A stretch of DNA of 64,000 nt from the NCBI GenBank assembly GCA_036172245.1, contig JAYWIR010000007.1, forward strand, positions 3,286,001 to 3,350,000. Reading direction: 5' to 3'. This DNA comes from Raillietiella orientalis (taxonomy: Eukaryota). The position numbers and the translations under genes were made by a program. The notes beneath the pieces were generated by a model that was given only the letters and a program-made list of their open reading frames with translations, made no database searches and was not told the origin of the DNA. Shown piece after piece: positions 46,859-58,800 of this stretch (the stretch's first letter is position 1; each line of letters opens with the position of its first letter).

Positions 46859-48299
46859 CCCCACTTTGAAACGGAGCACCCGATGGATCACTGGTCACGC
46901 ATCGCTTTCCTTTTTTCTCACTGCCACGTGAAGGGTGCGAGCCCTCTTCGAAACTCAGCAACTACATTCCATTCAACTCTTGGGCGTGCAATAAACGTAG
47001 AGGGAATGCACCTCCGCGATGCGAGAGCTGCCGGGTCGATTCGCTCAGGTGGCACCTTTCTTTGCAGTCACATTTTCAACAACCGTTACCTAGAAGCATG
47101 AGTGACGTTTCAGGTGATGGCGTGCTGAAGCAGCGTGGCACACATGAAAGTGCTGCCGGTAATTCACTCGATCTGCTCGTGATCGGATTTCAGATTGTCT
47201 CCCCGTGATGGATGCTTTCCGCAAAGTTCCAAAATCCATCTGAAACAAAGGCGATTCGCAGCCCCTGAGCGCCGCTGCGGATTCGTTTGCGCCGTTCAGA
47301 AGCGATTGGAATGCCCGCGGGAGCGTGAGAAATGAGAAAAAGATGCCCCTTAGCTCTTTGGCAGTGCGTGTCAGCTGTTGCACCCAACTCCGCTGAAGAC
47401 GCAGGCCTGCGTGGACTGAAGAAAGATCCGTCCGAATCCACTAGGATGGAAGCGCAGGGCTTTCGTGCACGCAATGGAAAACCCGAAGGCAACCCAGGCA
47501 GCGGCCGCGGACCCCGGTGAAGGAATTTTCGGCGCCTGCAGCATCCTTGGCTTCATCGCGCGCGCACCCACGAGTTTCACCCCTGCTCTGGATGCGGCCG
47601 AGACCGCAGCCCAGGTAACGTGATGAAAACAAACTGCTCAGGCGGCTTGCCTCATGAGACTGTCTAAGCGGCTGCGGAGAAAAACGGAAATTGTGCAACG
47701 CAGACGGACTGAAACACTTTGTCTTGTGGCTATGCCCCCACCTACGTTGTCTGATGAGAGAATTCCTTTTTTCTTTCTTTCCCTCTCCCCCTTCCATGTT
47801 CAGTTACCAAATTGAGCAAGGAACCGCGCACGCGAACGTAGGAGTAGCTTTGGATGCGACGCATCCGTTTCCTGGAATCAACATGGCGGAGTCAACTCGC
47901 GAACGACTCGTGATGTCACGAGGGCGTTCACTTCACACGATCGTGGGTAAGAAAAACAAGAATGGGGTCCCGAGAACAGGAAGAAAAGGCGGAAACACCT
48001 GCGCACCAAGTAAATGGAGCTCCTGGAAAGAGAACGCGGAAACGGCAGCGTTGGAAGCAAACAGCGAGGCGCGTGCGTCGTGCGCATCGCAGCAGCGCGA
48101 CACTACGCAACGAGGAGCGCGGAGATTTTACGCCTCCGTACCAGCCAGGTTCGCCAAAGGTTTTTTCCCGAACGGCATGTGGAGCCAACTAAATTCCTTT
48201 TGGTGACCTCGCTCCCTCCATTCGTGCCTCTCCCTTCCCCCTGGATTCAGTGTGTCTGTGGAGTTTCAAATCCAAACCTGCCCCGTCTGTTCTGGCCAT

Positions 48300-49745
48300 A
48301 GCGTTTGTTTCAAGGAATGCATGCTGTCGATTCCGGGAATTCAGCCCGAAGGATCCAGACCGACCGACAGCAGTCTGGAAGCCCGCATCCTTTCCAGAAT
48401 TCCCTTCGGCTTGTGCTGTCTGCTATCTTTGCTGTGCAGCTGTAGTGCCTGGAGGCATTTTGCGTGCCCGCTTAGCTTCAACGATGCAGTGATCAACCAA
48501 TCCACCCGTCGTGGCAGCATTGGTACGGGCACATGCTTCATATTATCCCAGGGAGGGCACAACGATACCACGGCTGCAAGAGGAACGCGTAGGGAAGGAT
48601 ACGGTCCCAGTGGATGCCGCGGGTCTTCCCGTGACTCCATTGGAGGCTTCTCCTGAGTGGGCGGTCGAGACACAGCAACCCCAACTGCAGCCTCGGTGGG
48701 CTCAAGATACGGGGAGCAGGAAGAGACTCCCTGTAGATCAGGATGCAAGTCTTTAGCTCTCTGAGAAAGACCTGGAACATGCTCCAGTAGCAATACAAAC
48801 GTTGCTACACGGCTGCTTTCAAGTTAGCGATGGAGTCTTTCCTCTGGCGCCAACTAGAAAACCCGCCTTGAAGAATGGCGCTTGTCAGAACCGAGTCCTT
48901 GCACGCTGATGGCTCAGCGTCTCAGCCATCCCTCCGAACGACTCTCGCTCTTCCGAGAGGTGCCCAATCAAGAGAGTAAACTTGAAAATCATCTATGTAT
49001 CCGCAGTTGGAAGGAATAAAAAGTTTACACCTTACTGGTTTCTTTCCTGGGGCGCATCCCAATCCTGTCTAACAGATGAAGTTTCTTCCGAAGTTCCCTG
49101 ATCCCGGCTGGCCCCGCAGGCAAGACACGTCGCAAACGTCGTCTGCGCTTGCAGCTTCACCAGCTATGTGGACTGGCTCAGCCTCTTTCTCTGTAACCAG
49201 TCGCAGGAACAGTGATGACCTCAAAACTGCTTCCGTCTTCCTCAAAACTGCCTCAGGTTCTTCTGGAGACCTTGGTCTTTGTGGGAAGAGGGGTCTGACT
49301 TTGACCGGTGCTCTCCTGCTCCATCATGCAGCCAGGGTTTCAGGAACACATTCCAACTCTTCCGATGAAATACCTCTCCCAGGATGCACTCCCACCATCT
49401 TTGGCCCACACAACTATGGCTCGAATAGCCGTTTACGTGTCCTGCAGGCGCACCATCATCCTTAATGTGATCACTACCGCGAACTGTGGTTGTTCTGGAA
49501 GTCGCATTCTCACAAATCGGCGGATGTTTCGGGTGCTCCCACACACTACATGCAAAATAATCTTTTCGACCATCTTTTGCTCATTCTGGATTCCTGCAGA
49601 CAGTATGCATTGTAGCCGTGGGGCAGGAGGATTCAAAGAATGCTCAAGGGTGCCACACGTCTCTCCACCATCTCTGGTTCTTTTCAAAATCCGCGTTTTT
49701 TTTTTTTTTCGAGCTTCCTGGACGTGTTCCCGATACATGCGCTTT
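48300..49745 (-). mobile_element. Second decayed L1/Tx1-like 5' portion, head-to-head with the + copy
   Basis: 49420-49548 is a diverged reverse complement of 50055-50182 (shared catccgccg.tttgtgagaa, tcacattaaggatgatg, acacgtaaacg.ctattcga). Further extent is only weakly supported. Confidence 0.5.
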
Positions 49746-51634
49746 TCTCTGTTCTCCTGCCTGTCCTAGCTCAAGAAGACAACGAGTGAGGAAGGGAAGA
49801 GCGAAAGGAAATGCTCGCCCCCGCCAGCTCGAAGATCAATCTGCTACGAGCCTGTCAGAAGCTGCAAGAAGAGTTTCCTGTGCACACGAATGAGCCCGTA
49901 TTCTTCGGGCTGACTGAACGCAGCCATCAGAGCCGCCGGGGACAGCCGAGTTCATCGAGGAAGAGGAGGACGGGGGTGTTCAGTAACGGCAACCTCATCG
50001 GCGTAAGCCTGCTGAATAGAGGGGCGGCTGCCTCCCATGGTTTCGCCCGTAAGGTGTGGGGACCACCAGAAAGCATCCGCCGGTTTGTGAGAACGTGGCT
50101 TCCAAAGCAACCACCGCGCGCAGTGGTGCTCACATTAAGGATGATGATACGCCTGCCGAACACGTAAACGACTATTCGACCCATTATTCCTTGGCCAAAG
50201 ATGTCCCCGGAGTGCATATCACGGGATCATTTCGATCACGGCACCGATGCTGCTTCAGCTGCGAAGGCGACGGTGGAGAAGCACTGAGAGGCTGAGTGAG
50301 GGGGCGGCGAACCAGCAGCACAACGGGCAGAGAAGCACATCCCGGGGCGGTCGCGGGATGGTACCCCACACTGCATTCCAAGTCCAGAAACACCAACAAG
50401 ACATGAAGTAGTTCGCTGAAGAACTCCAGACGACTAGGAGAGCTCTCGAAGGATCCCCGCGCGCTGACGATCCTGAAGATGGGAAAAGACCGGAACCTCC
50501 CTGCAAGAAGACTGCCCCAGTCAACTGCCTCTTTCGATCCCGGCAAGCGTTATGCCTCCCCAAAGGATTGACCAGAGGTGAATGACCTAACTTCGATCAC
50601 CGCCACTGGCATGCCCAAAGGAGCGACGGTCGCCAAAGCAGCAGGCTTGCCACTGTCCACTATCCTACCGCCTACCGCTTCACGCGTTCGGCCGACTGAC
50701 CGAAGTGCCGGTGAGTTGGGAGACGGGTCATCGACCCCGCAGGAGCTGCAGGCGGACAGCGAAATCGTCGCACCCTTTCGTTGAGTCGGCAAAGCCAAGT
50801 TTCGTGGGTTTTTCAAGGACCTCGGTTTACCTCAAAGAGGTGCGCGCTCGAAGTTTTGCCATGCAGCCGTGCGCCCTGACGAGAGTCGCCAGGTAGGTCG
50901 ACCTCCGCTCCAGTGGCCCCACTCCACAAATATTGCTGTAAGGAGCACCTGCGCGTCCTGCAGCTCCCAATCCCCTGCCGCAGAAGATAGGAGGATTTTG
51001 AAGACACTCCGGTGGTGCTGGCCGCAAAAGGCGTAATGAGGATGTCTGACTCTATGGCAGGAGACCACAACGTCCGCCTCCTCGGATCAGATGAGATTGC
51101 GTTCGATAACCAGCGGGCTGTATGCACAGATCATCCCTGTGGCAGATGAGTCTGAGGTGTCCAGCTCCATGGACCACGTGCTCCCGATGGCCATCTGCGT
51201 TGGCGGGTGAGACGGTGAAGGCGGATGTGGTTTAGCAAACGAATAACCCCGAGTTCGAAGGCGAGGTGGTCACTGCGAAAGGGGGACGCGGGACAAAGAT
51301 GTGGAGGATGCCAGGGGGATTGATCAGCCGTCCGAAAGCCCAGGGACCACTCCGAACGTTCCTGGAGGGCAGCTCCATCCGCACAGCAGGATCGTTTCAA
51401 TGATTTCGTGCGCCTCTGCTGCCAGCAGCATCCGCCGCATCTTCTCCCGACAGGCTTTGCGGAAGGACAAGAGCAAAGGAGAGACTTCCTGCGAGCTCCG
51501 CCAGCCTGGCAGCCGGATGTCAAGCTCCTGGAGTGCGCCGAGTTGGTGGTAGGGTAAAGCGGACAACCAGGTATGCACTCTGCCTAAGCTTGCATGCCGC
51601 AGTACGCGACCGCAGAGCTCCCAGCTGCACTCGA

Positions 51635-53013
51635 TTTTCACCCGGGTTTCGCCGGGGCGTTTATTAAAAATAAACTTTTACAAGGACGTGCAATGGCAGG
51701 ACCAGTGCTCCAGCCACGCACGAAGATACACAGAGCCTGCCGGGTCACCGGTTCGCAGACCGGTACGGTCCACCACGGCAGCAGGGGGAAGGGGGAAAAA
51801 CAAAAAAAAACTAAACAAAAAAGAGAAGAAAAAGTGGGAGGATACGGAAAGGGATCACTGTTGCTGCTGGGGCCGTTGCATCCTTCTCAGGATGCCGGCA
51901 AGCTCTTTCCGTATTGCTGGATCCAGGTGGGACCATCTCGACGCTCTCCTCAAGAATTCGGAGGCTTGCTGGATGGCACCCTTTTCGCGAGGTCCTCCCG
52001 TAGCCTTGCTCCAGGCGGCGACGATCCCGCGTAGGCAGCACAGGGCTGCTAACGAGGCCGCAGACCGAAGGGCGTCGGCAACGAAGAGGGCTTTTAATGC
52101 GTCCCTGGGGTTGCCGCAGGGGATTCCGATGGCCGCGGCAAAGCGGAACCGAAGCGGCCGAAGGGCAACACAATCCACAAGTAGGTGGGGGAGGGACTCC
52201 CGTTCCCCACACCTAACACAATTGGGGTCCACCGCTCCCCAGGTCCAGTGGTGTCGGCGGGCGTTGCAGGGGAGTCCCCAGTGCTTCAACAGGAGAGCCG
52301 ACTCCTGCCATTTTGAGGGGAGCGTGGAGGTGTTCATAAGTACCGGGGGCCACTTCAGATGTTCAATGGGAACATCGAGCAGAGCGCCCCAGCGCAGAAG
52401 TCCATGGGGAGGCGTACTCGGGGTCGCAGCGTCTGTTAGCTGGCCCGTCTTCCACTCTCCTATCTTTTTCTCCTTTCCGGAGATTATCACGGTAACCTCC
52501 CACTTCGCCGCAGATCTTCCATCAGGGAGGCCAGCGCAGCAGCGAGGGGGGTTCTTCCTGCCCACGCTCTCTTCTTGGGATCCTCCAGGATCTCACGGAG
52601 CGTGCAACCTCTGAAACTCCCAAACAGGAACCGTCGTTCCTGTTGGGAGCGTTGCAGGCCTCACTGTGCCCACGTGCGAATGGTTTCCTGCAACCAGGCA
52701 CTACCGTTCGCGGGGCGACAGGTGATCAATCCATGGTTTCTCCGTGTCAGCGCAGCCACCCTCCGTAGCTGAAGTCCACATCGGTTGACACTGCGGCGGA
52801 GTGCAAGAAAAGACGTGAGTCCCGTCTTGCCGGTGGCTTGCTGGAGGAGGAGACGTTCAGGGACGCACCAGCAGGTGCACCACAACTCCTGCACAACGGC
52901 CATCAAACGGAACTGGAGCTGAAGCTCCAGCCGCTCCAACGTCAGGAGACCGAGACCGCCGTCCCGACGCGGAGCGCACAAGTCCTTCAAGCGGACTCGG
53001 GCCCTCCCGTTGC
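51635..53013 (-). mobile_element. 5'-truncated non-LTR retrotransposon (L1/Tx1-like ORF2 3' end + 3' UTR) with 15-bp TSD
   Basis: Perfect direct repeat cccagctgcactcga at 51620-51634 and 53014-53028. Peptides WGNGRARVRLKDLCAPRRDGGLGL and CVRCGERESLPHLLVDC (C-terminal zinc knuckle). T-rich 3' UTR, AATAAA, hairpin, then GAAAA. Confidence 0.88.
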
Positions 53014-53421
53014 CCCAGCTGCACTCGAGGTCACCTCCCGACGACGCCCGCGCCACGCAGTTTCTGGAGGCCACCGGGTGCAACTGTCGGAGGAAACTCC
53101 CAGCAAGCGCAATGAACCCTTAGTAATCCAGAGAAGTCGCTGCCGCTAGTAGAGCTCAAAGGCAGAACCTGGAAAGAAGCGCACAGGTTGTCTGAGCAGT
53201 AGATTTACTAACTCTTTGTCGCGGAACTGGCATTCTCAATGCACGAATTTGCATCGCTGATCCCGGAGGCGGGGTAAGTGCCAGCGACCTCCAGATCAAC
53301 CAGGACTCTCCCAGTGAGCAACCAGGGTGGGTCTTCCATTTGGTGCGCCTCGCCTGAGCCGCCCATCAACTCGCAAAGCGCGGACGGACGGGCGCTTTCC
53401 AAGATGTGCACAACTAGAATG

Positions 53422-53913
53422 TTTTCACCCGGGTAAGCCGGGGCTTTTCTTATTTTAAAAAACAAAATTACAATTTATAATTGCAGTCGATTGATTTTTC
53501 ATTGTTTTTGTGTTCCTCTTGGAACACTTTTTCGTATTGTTTTGCACTTGTTTACCGACTTGAGTGCCGGTAAGGCCTACTCCACTCGCGAAGGGGACGG
53601 GAAAAAGGAAAAAAAAATACAAAAAAAAAAACGCCTGGGAGACATTGTTTATGGGGAGGGGGAGGGAAGGGAAGGGATCACTGTTCGCTGAGTGAAGGCC
53701 TCTGCATCTGGTTCCGGATGCTAACAAGTGCTGGCAGAATTTTCCTCAGCCGGCACCAACGGGAAGCCTTCTCCATGGAGATCACCGCCCAGTGGATGGC
53801 ATTCCGACTGCTGTGGCCTCTTATCGACGCGTTCCACTTGTCCAGCATTCCTCGTATGCAGCAGAGAACTGCTACACACGCGGCACCTGGCAAGGAGTTC
53901 CGCATCAAGAGGC
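53422..53913 (-). mobile_element. Short 5'-truncated LINE 3' end (related, diverged family) with 14-bp TSD
   Basis: Perfect direct repeat gcacaactagaatg at 53408-53421 and 53914-53927. The C-terminal peptide AACVAVLCCIRG...ILPALVSIRNQMQRP parallels AASLAALCCLRG...LAGILRRMQRP of the 51635-53013 element, and the terminal hairpin is the same. Confidence 0.85.
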
Positions 53914-55574
53914 GCACAACTAGAATGAAACAGTAGGAGTCACCACAATCATCCCGGAACAGACCCGTGCGGTGCCGGGTCGAACCAGGGGTGTCAACCT
54001 GCTCTATGCCTTCTGCCTAGTTGGACCTGCCGGAAGAGCGCGGCTGCATGGGAAATTCGCGGGGATGCCACCTGAGGAGGACAGAGCAGTGGAAGGGGTT
54101 TGCCACCCTCGCAGCCCGGAGTTCGTTCTCCGGCTCGCAATTGTCCTTCTCAGCCACATTCTCTGGAATGTCGCCAAGCGTCAATGCAGCCTTTTCTTCG
54201 CAGCCCCTGCTTACCCATGACCACGAGAGGAGACGGGATGCAAGACAAGGAGACTGCTCGACCTTGGCACTCTTCCTTCTCTTCCTCGAACTGGTCCTGA
54301 GAGTGTGCTGGCACACTCTAGATGGTCTCCCGTCACCTCATTGAGCACCCTGGCATGGCTACCTCTCCTGTTATCTTTCCGGATCACGGCAACCGAACTT
54401 CGAGTTATCCTCTGGGTACTGGCATCCAGGTCAACAGACAGAAGTCAAAAATCATTTGCTTCGACGCTGCCCACAGGCTGTTCTTCTTCAAGAGCTCCCG
54501 TGGGCGGATCCTTAGATCCTTTGGGACATCCGTGGGTTCGTTCTCTTTGACAGAGGTCTCTTCCGCGAGCCTGGAAGAGGACCTCTTTCCTGTCAGGAAA
54601 CTTCTATTGCCCGAGAGGGTTGCAGCGTGGAACGGCTTATTCGTTCCCTTGTTCCGGTCCCTTTTTTGTTTCCTTGGGGACTGCTGATGTGCCGAGAAGT
54701 TAGCGGTGTGGTTCAGCAGCCCTACCGCGACCGGACAGGTCTAAGGTGCTGCTGAAAGACTTGATTTCCTCTCGCTCGAACTTTCTTCTCTTTTCCCAAA
54801 GGATAAAAAGGCAAGAATCGCTCTGGAGTCCCACTCTCGTGACAAGTCCGTCGAGCACCCTTCGCCCGTTCTTCTGCAGAATGCAGCAAGGGGAAACAAC
54901 CGCTTCAATCCACCCACGCAATCGCGACAGAGGTCGGCGATCTCTCGCACCGCGCGACGTCTTTGCTACCGGAGATGTACGATATCCCGTGGTCCATTCA
55001 ACAGGAACGCCTCGATACAAGGACCGCTGGGAATGTCGATGATCCTGGAAGGTCCAGCCCTCCCAAGAATAGTGACGTCACGCTCTCGGGGAAACTTCCC
55101 CTCGATGAGATACTTGAGATGGTAGTTCCAGGGCTCGCGGTGTGACCATCCGGGATATCATGCGTTCACCTCCCGCATCGATATGATGGGGGAGAGGTCG
55201 AGATAAGTTGCGCTGCAGGGGAACCTACCGGATAGGGAGGCTACTAGGACCATGATCTAATGGCAAGCGCCTTGGCATCTTGAAGACACTCGTGAAGACC
55301 TCGCTCAGATCCTGCAAAGACGGATCCAGTTTCTTAGCCTCCTCCTTGAAAACTTGGAGGTTTCGGACTTCCCGGTCGACGTCTCCGAGTTCTGGTTCAA
55401 AATCCCGAAAGGTCATAAAAAATAAGCAGGTGTGTCTGTCCCACATAGATTAATATACAAACTTATTTCAGCATACGTTGCTATTCGTATTTATTCACAT
55501 ACAAATTATTAGCAGTAATATCATTGGGACAGGCATATTTATTATGATTGAGTGGCATGCATCTTATTAATAAA

Positions 55575-55810
55575 GCTAATAAGTAGTTATATCGGTGATA
55601 CATATGCAGAAAAAATAAGTGTATACGCTAACTATGTATACCAATATGTATAGATAGTATAAATATATGTGGAATGGAATGGAAAATGGAAATACATGTA
55701 TAAATACATATATACAAATATATACATATACATATATGTGTGTATGTAAATGTATATATAGGATTACATATATAGAAATGTAAATATATATAAGAAATAT
55801 ATGTTTAATG
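55575..55810. repeat. AT-rich degenerate (TA/TACA) microsatellite region
   Basis: Runs such as atacatatatacaaatatatacatatacatatatgtgtgtatg. Confidence 0.8.
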
Positions 55811-58800
55811 AATACACGAACATCGAATTTTAAAAAATGAGGCATAATTGTGACAATTAAAAATAGTGCAAAGGCTTAAAAAAGGGAAACAAGTTAAAAA
55901 AAACAAAATAGAAGATAGGACACGTGGAAACGTGAAGTAAGATTGGGAGGCGGGGAAAAAACGCCCCACTTTGCTTGTATGTTTCTAGCTGTTAGCCCTA
56001 ATAATAAAGCAGGGATGGATTATGGTGATCGTCCACAAAGGTCCTATTTACTTTTTTAGAATCTTTAATATATGCATCAGCAATATAATCAACAGTTTAT
56101 TATTCACTTTATTAATAAAATGTGCCAATGAATCTTAATAAATATGCTTTTTCCAATAATATTGCTAATTGTTAATAATTTGCATGTTCATGAATAGGAA
56201 TAACTGTCTATACTGAAATAAGTTCGTATGTTAATGTATGTGGAACAAGCACACGTGCTTATTTTTCATGATCTTTCGGAATGTTGAGGGACGCCCACTC
56301 CCTTGGCACTTCATATATGAATAGCTGCGTCTTGGGAAGAAAAGTTCGGTGCGCTTTGCTTTTGGAATGCCAAGAACGTCCACGGGGTCACCTACTGTCT
56401 ACAGTATGGGATGAATTGGTGAAATCCAGCAAGAATTTGCTCTGGGAGGATGTGGGACATGGAATGAAGAGCAAAACGTAGTTGTGATCTGCAGCTTTGC
56501 ATGAACGATGTGAAAACAAATTAAAGGAAAGCGTGATGGTGTCGAAGATGAAGAGTGATGGTGCAATTAGCCACTGTGAGGTACCGTTTGTATTCCAAGT
56601 CTGTACCTTGAGCTATCTAAATCACCATCGCGTCTATGCTGCCTTTGCAAGATGGCTGTGGCTTGGGGTGGTTAAACTACTAGCTTCCCTTATTCTTTAG
56701 AGGCCACTTTAGTGCGTGCTGTGCTGGGTACCAACAGACATAACTCCTCAACGTTCATCCCCTTACCTGCTCCGTTCCATCCTTCGCGACAGAAAACTTT
56801 TACTACGTGTGCAACAACCGATTCGTCTCTCTTCGCATCTGTCCGCTGACGCGATGATGACATCTGTCCATTGATACAAGAGTATGTTTCGACACTTGAA
56901 GTACAAACCAAAATTAAGCGGAAACGATAATAAAACACAAACACGAACACGGTTCTCGGAAGACGGTTGTAAATTTCGTAAAAGAATGATGGGCTGCTGC
57001 GAAAATGAGGCTCACTCTGCCTTCCTGAGGCTCTGCGAGAATCAGTTTGGACCCCGCCAGCCCCATCAGCAGAATATCCTGTGCTGTCCCGACAGAAGAC
57101 AAGGTCAGACTAAGTCGCCTATCCGATTCGCCTTATCAAGCACCGAGAGCCTCTTAGTGTCATGCAAATTGCCACATTTGGGTGATGAAGGCCGAGAGGG
57201 ATGGGACTTCTTTCGCACAGGCACAAGGTAATAACCCGAAGAGGGTGGCCCAGGCTAATTGAATACCAGAGCTCTGGCCGTGGTCGTGGCAGCAACCTTG
57301 GCAGGTAGAAAAAAACTCGACTCGACGAGCTAGAAATATTTTTGTGGTAGGAAGGAATACGAGAAATCCAACTAGAGCTCAAGTTTTCCCGTCGTCACCA
57401 TCCTGCGCTAGATACAAACATTAGAAATGGAACCTGGAAATTCCGCATCGTGAACTTCTTCTCAGGATGCTGACCCGATGTGGGCAGCCCTGGGGGATGT
57501 TCTAGCAAGCTGGGCAGCGAACTCAGATGAGATCCCCATTCGTGCTGGAGTGGAGACGAAAATGTCCAAAAAGTTTGAAATGATGTCAGCGATCTTTGGG
57601 ATTCTCCCTCCCCTGTTGGAAAAAAAAATGAGCCCCGAACGAGATAATGACTCTCCATTTTAGCATCTCGAGGTAGATTTAGATAGGGGCATTTTCTCAC
57701 TCAATAGGCTCGAAAACAATAAAAGGCTCTTTCATCTCTGGCACTCCACATGGGAGCAGCGTCTACCATTGGAGCGGTGGTTCCAGTGCAATAGAGGAAC
57801 TCATCAATCAATAGAAAATTAGGGAATCTGACCTCAGGGAATGCTCAGCGGAACCGATAGCATTTTTAGATATGTTCGCCTTCATAGAGCCCGCACGTTT
57901 AGAAATGAATTTCTCTAAAAGGAATTCATTTCTCACTTGCCCTTGGTCTGCTTTGAAAACATATTAAGAAGCCGTATTTCCACCAAAAAATCTTCCACCG
58001 TGATTCAAATAAACAGTTGTGGATGCTGGATAACAATTCAAATTCTGCAACTTATTGAAGGCTGTCATAACATGGAATAAATCTTCAGCTCCCATCCGAT
58101 ATGGCATTCACAAGGATTTTCTTCTGTGTGAAGTAGCCATAGGAAGTCTCTTCAAATAGAGGAACGCGGTGCCCACCATGTCGAAAATTCTCGGAAACCT
58201 TTGCTTCTTTCTTACTGGACTTTTTAAAAATAATCATTCTTTCCAGTTTTCTGTAAAGGATACTTCAAATGTTATCGTGCACGTTCATTTCTTGAAGCTC
58301 GTTTTTGCATTCTTAATCTACACAGCCTGTCTATTCCCGTTTGGTGTCCGATCCAAGCATCATTAATCCCGCTGCTCGGAGGCAAAATGATGGGTAAGCT
58401 GGCCCGTGTGAGGAAGTCTCCCAGTTTCTCCAACTTTCTAGGGCTTTCTAGTGAAGGCGGTCAAAAAGAGTGGCACTACCAAACAGTAGAAGACCCTCTG
58501 CTTGATGCCAGGCGTGAGTAATTTAGCAATTGCCCAATGTACCACCACGCTAAATCGTGCACACCTGCTTATACAGTTGTGCCCGTGTTGGCTGTACCAC
58601 AATAAGTCTTTGCGTGCAGACTATAAGGGGAATATCCCTTGTGTATCAATCTTTTCTTTTTTGTTTTTGTAAAAATGCTCTCAACTGCTAAATGCGAAAC
58701 ATCCCTGCTCGCCTTCTGTTTCAGCTAAGCGGTGGAAGCGGTTCTCCAGACAGCTCAACATAAACGAAAAAAAAAATGGCTTCCTCTGTGAGCAGTACTG

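Larger units (their letters stand above)
49790..55425 (+). mobile_element. Degenerate L1/Tx1-like LINE (ORF1, endonuclease, RT remnants) interrupted by two antisense insertions
   Basis: Decayed motifs in the expected order across frameshifts: ORF1-like HVNDYSTHYSLAKDVPGVHITG..CCFSCEGDG, YLKEVRARSFAMQ, MAGDHNV (GDFN-like, ~51055), GRGTKMWRMP, PPINSQSADGRALSK (WRPISLLN-like, ~53360), TIIPEQTRAVPGR (resumes after the TSD at 53928), RDARQGDCSTLALFLLFLE (GVRQG-like), GIQVNRQKS. Boundaries approximate. Confidence 0.7.

Noticed and set aside
51635..51660. ttttcacccggg..gccgggg as a shared insertion target site
   Set aside because: The TSDs lie outside the motif in both cases, so it is part of the elements' 3' ends.
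56300..56640. Possible piggyBac C-terminal Cys-rich remnant (VGH..RC..HCEVPF..C..Y)
   Set aside because: Too few conserved residues, and no TTAA-flanked TIR identified.
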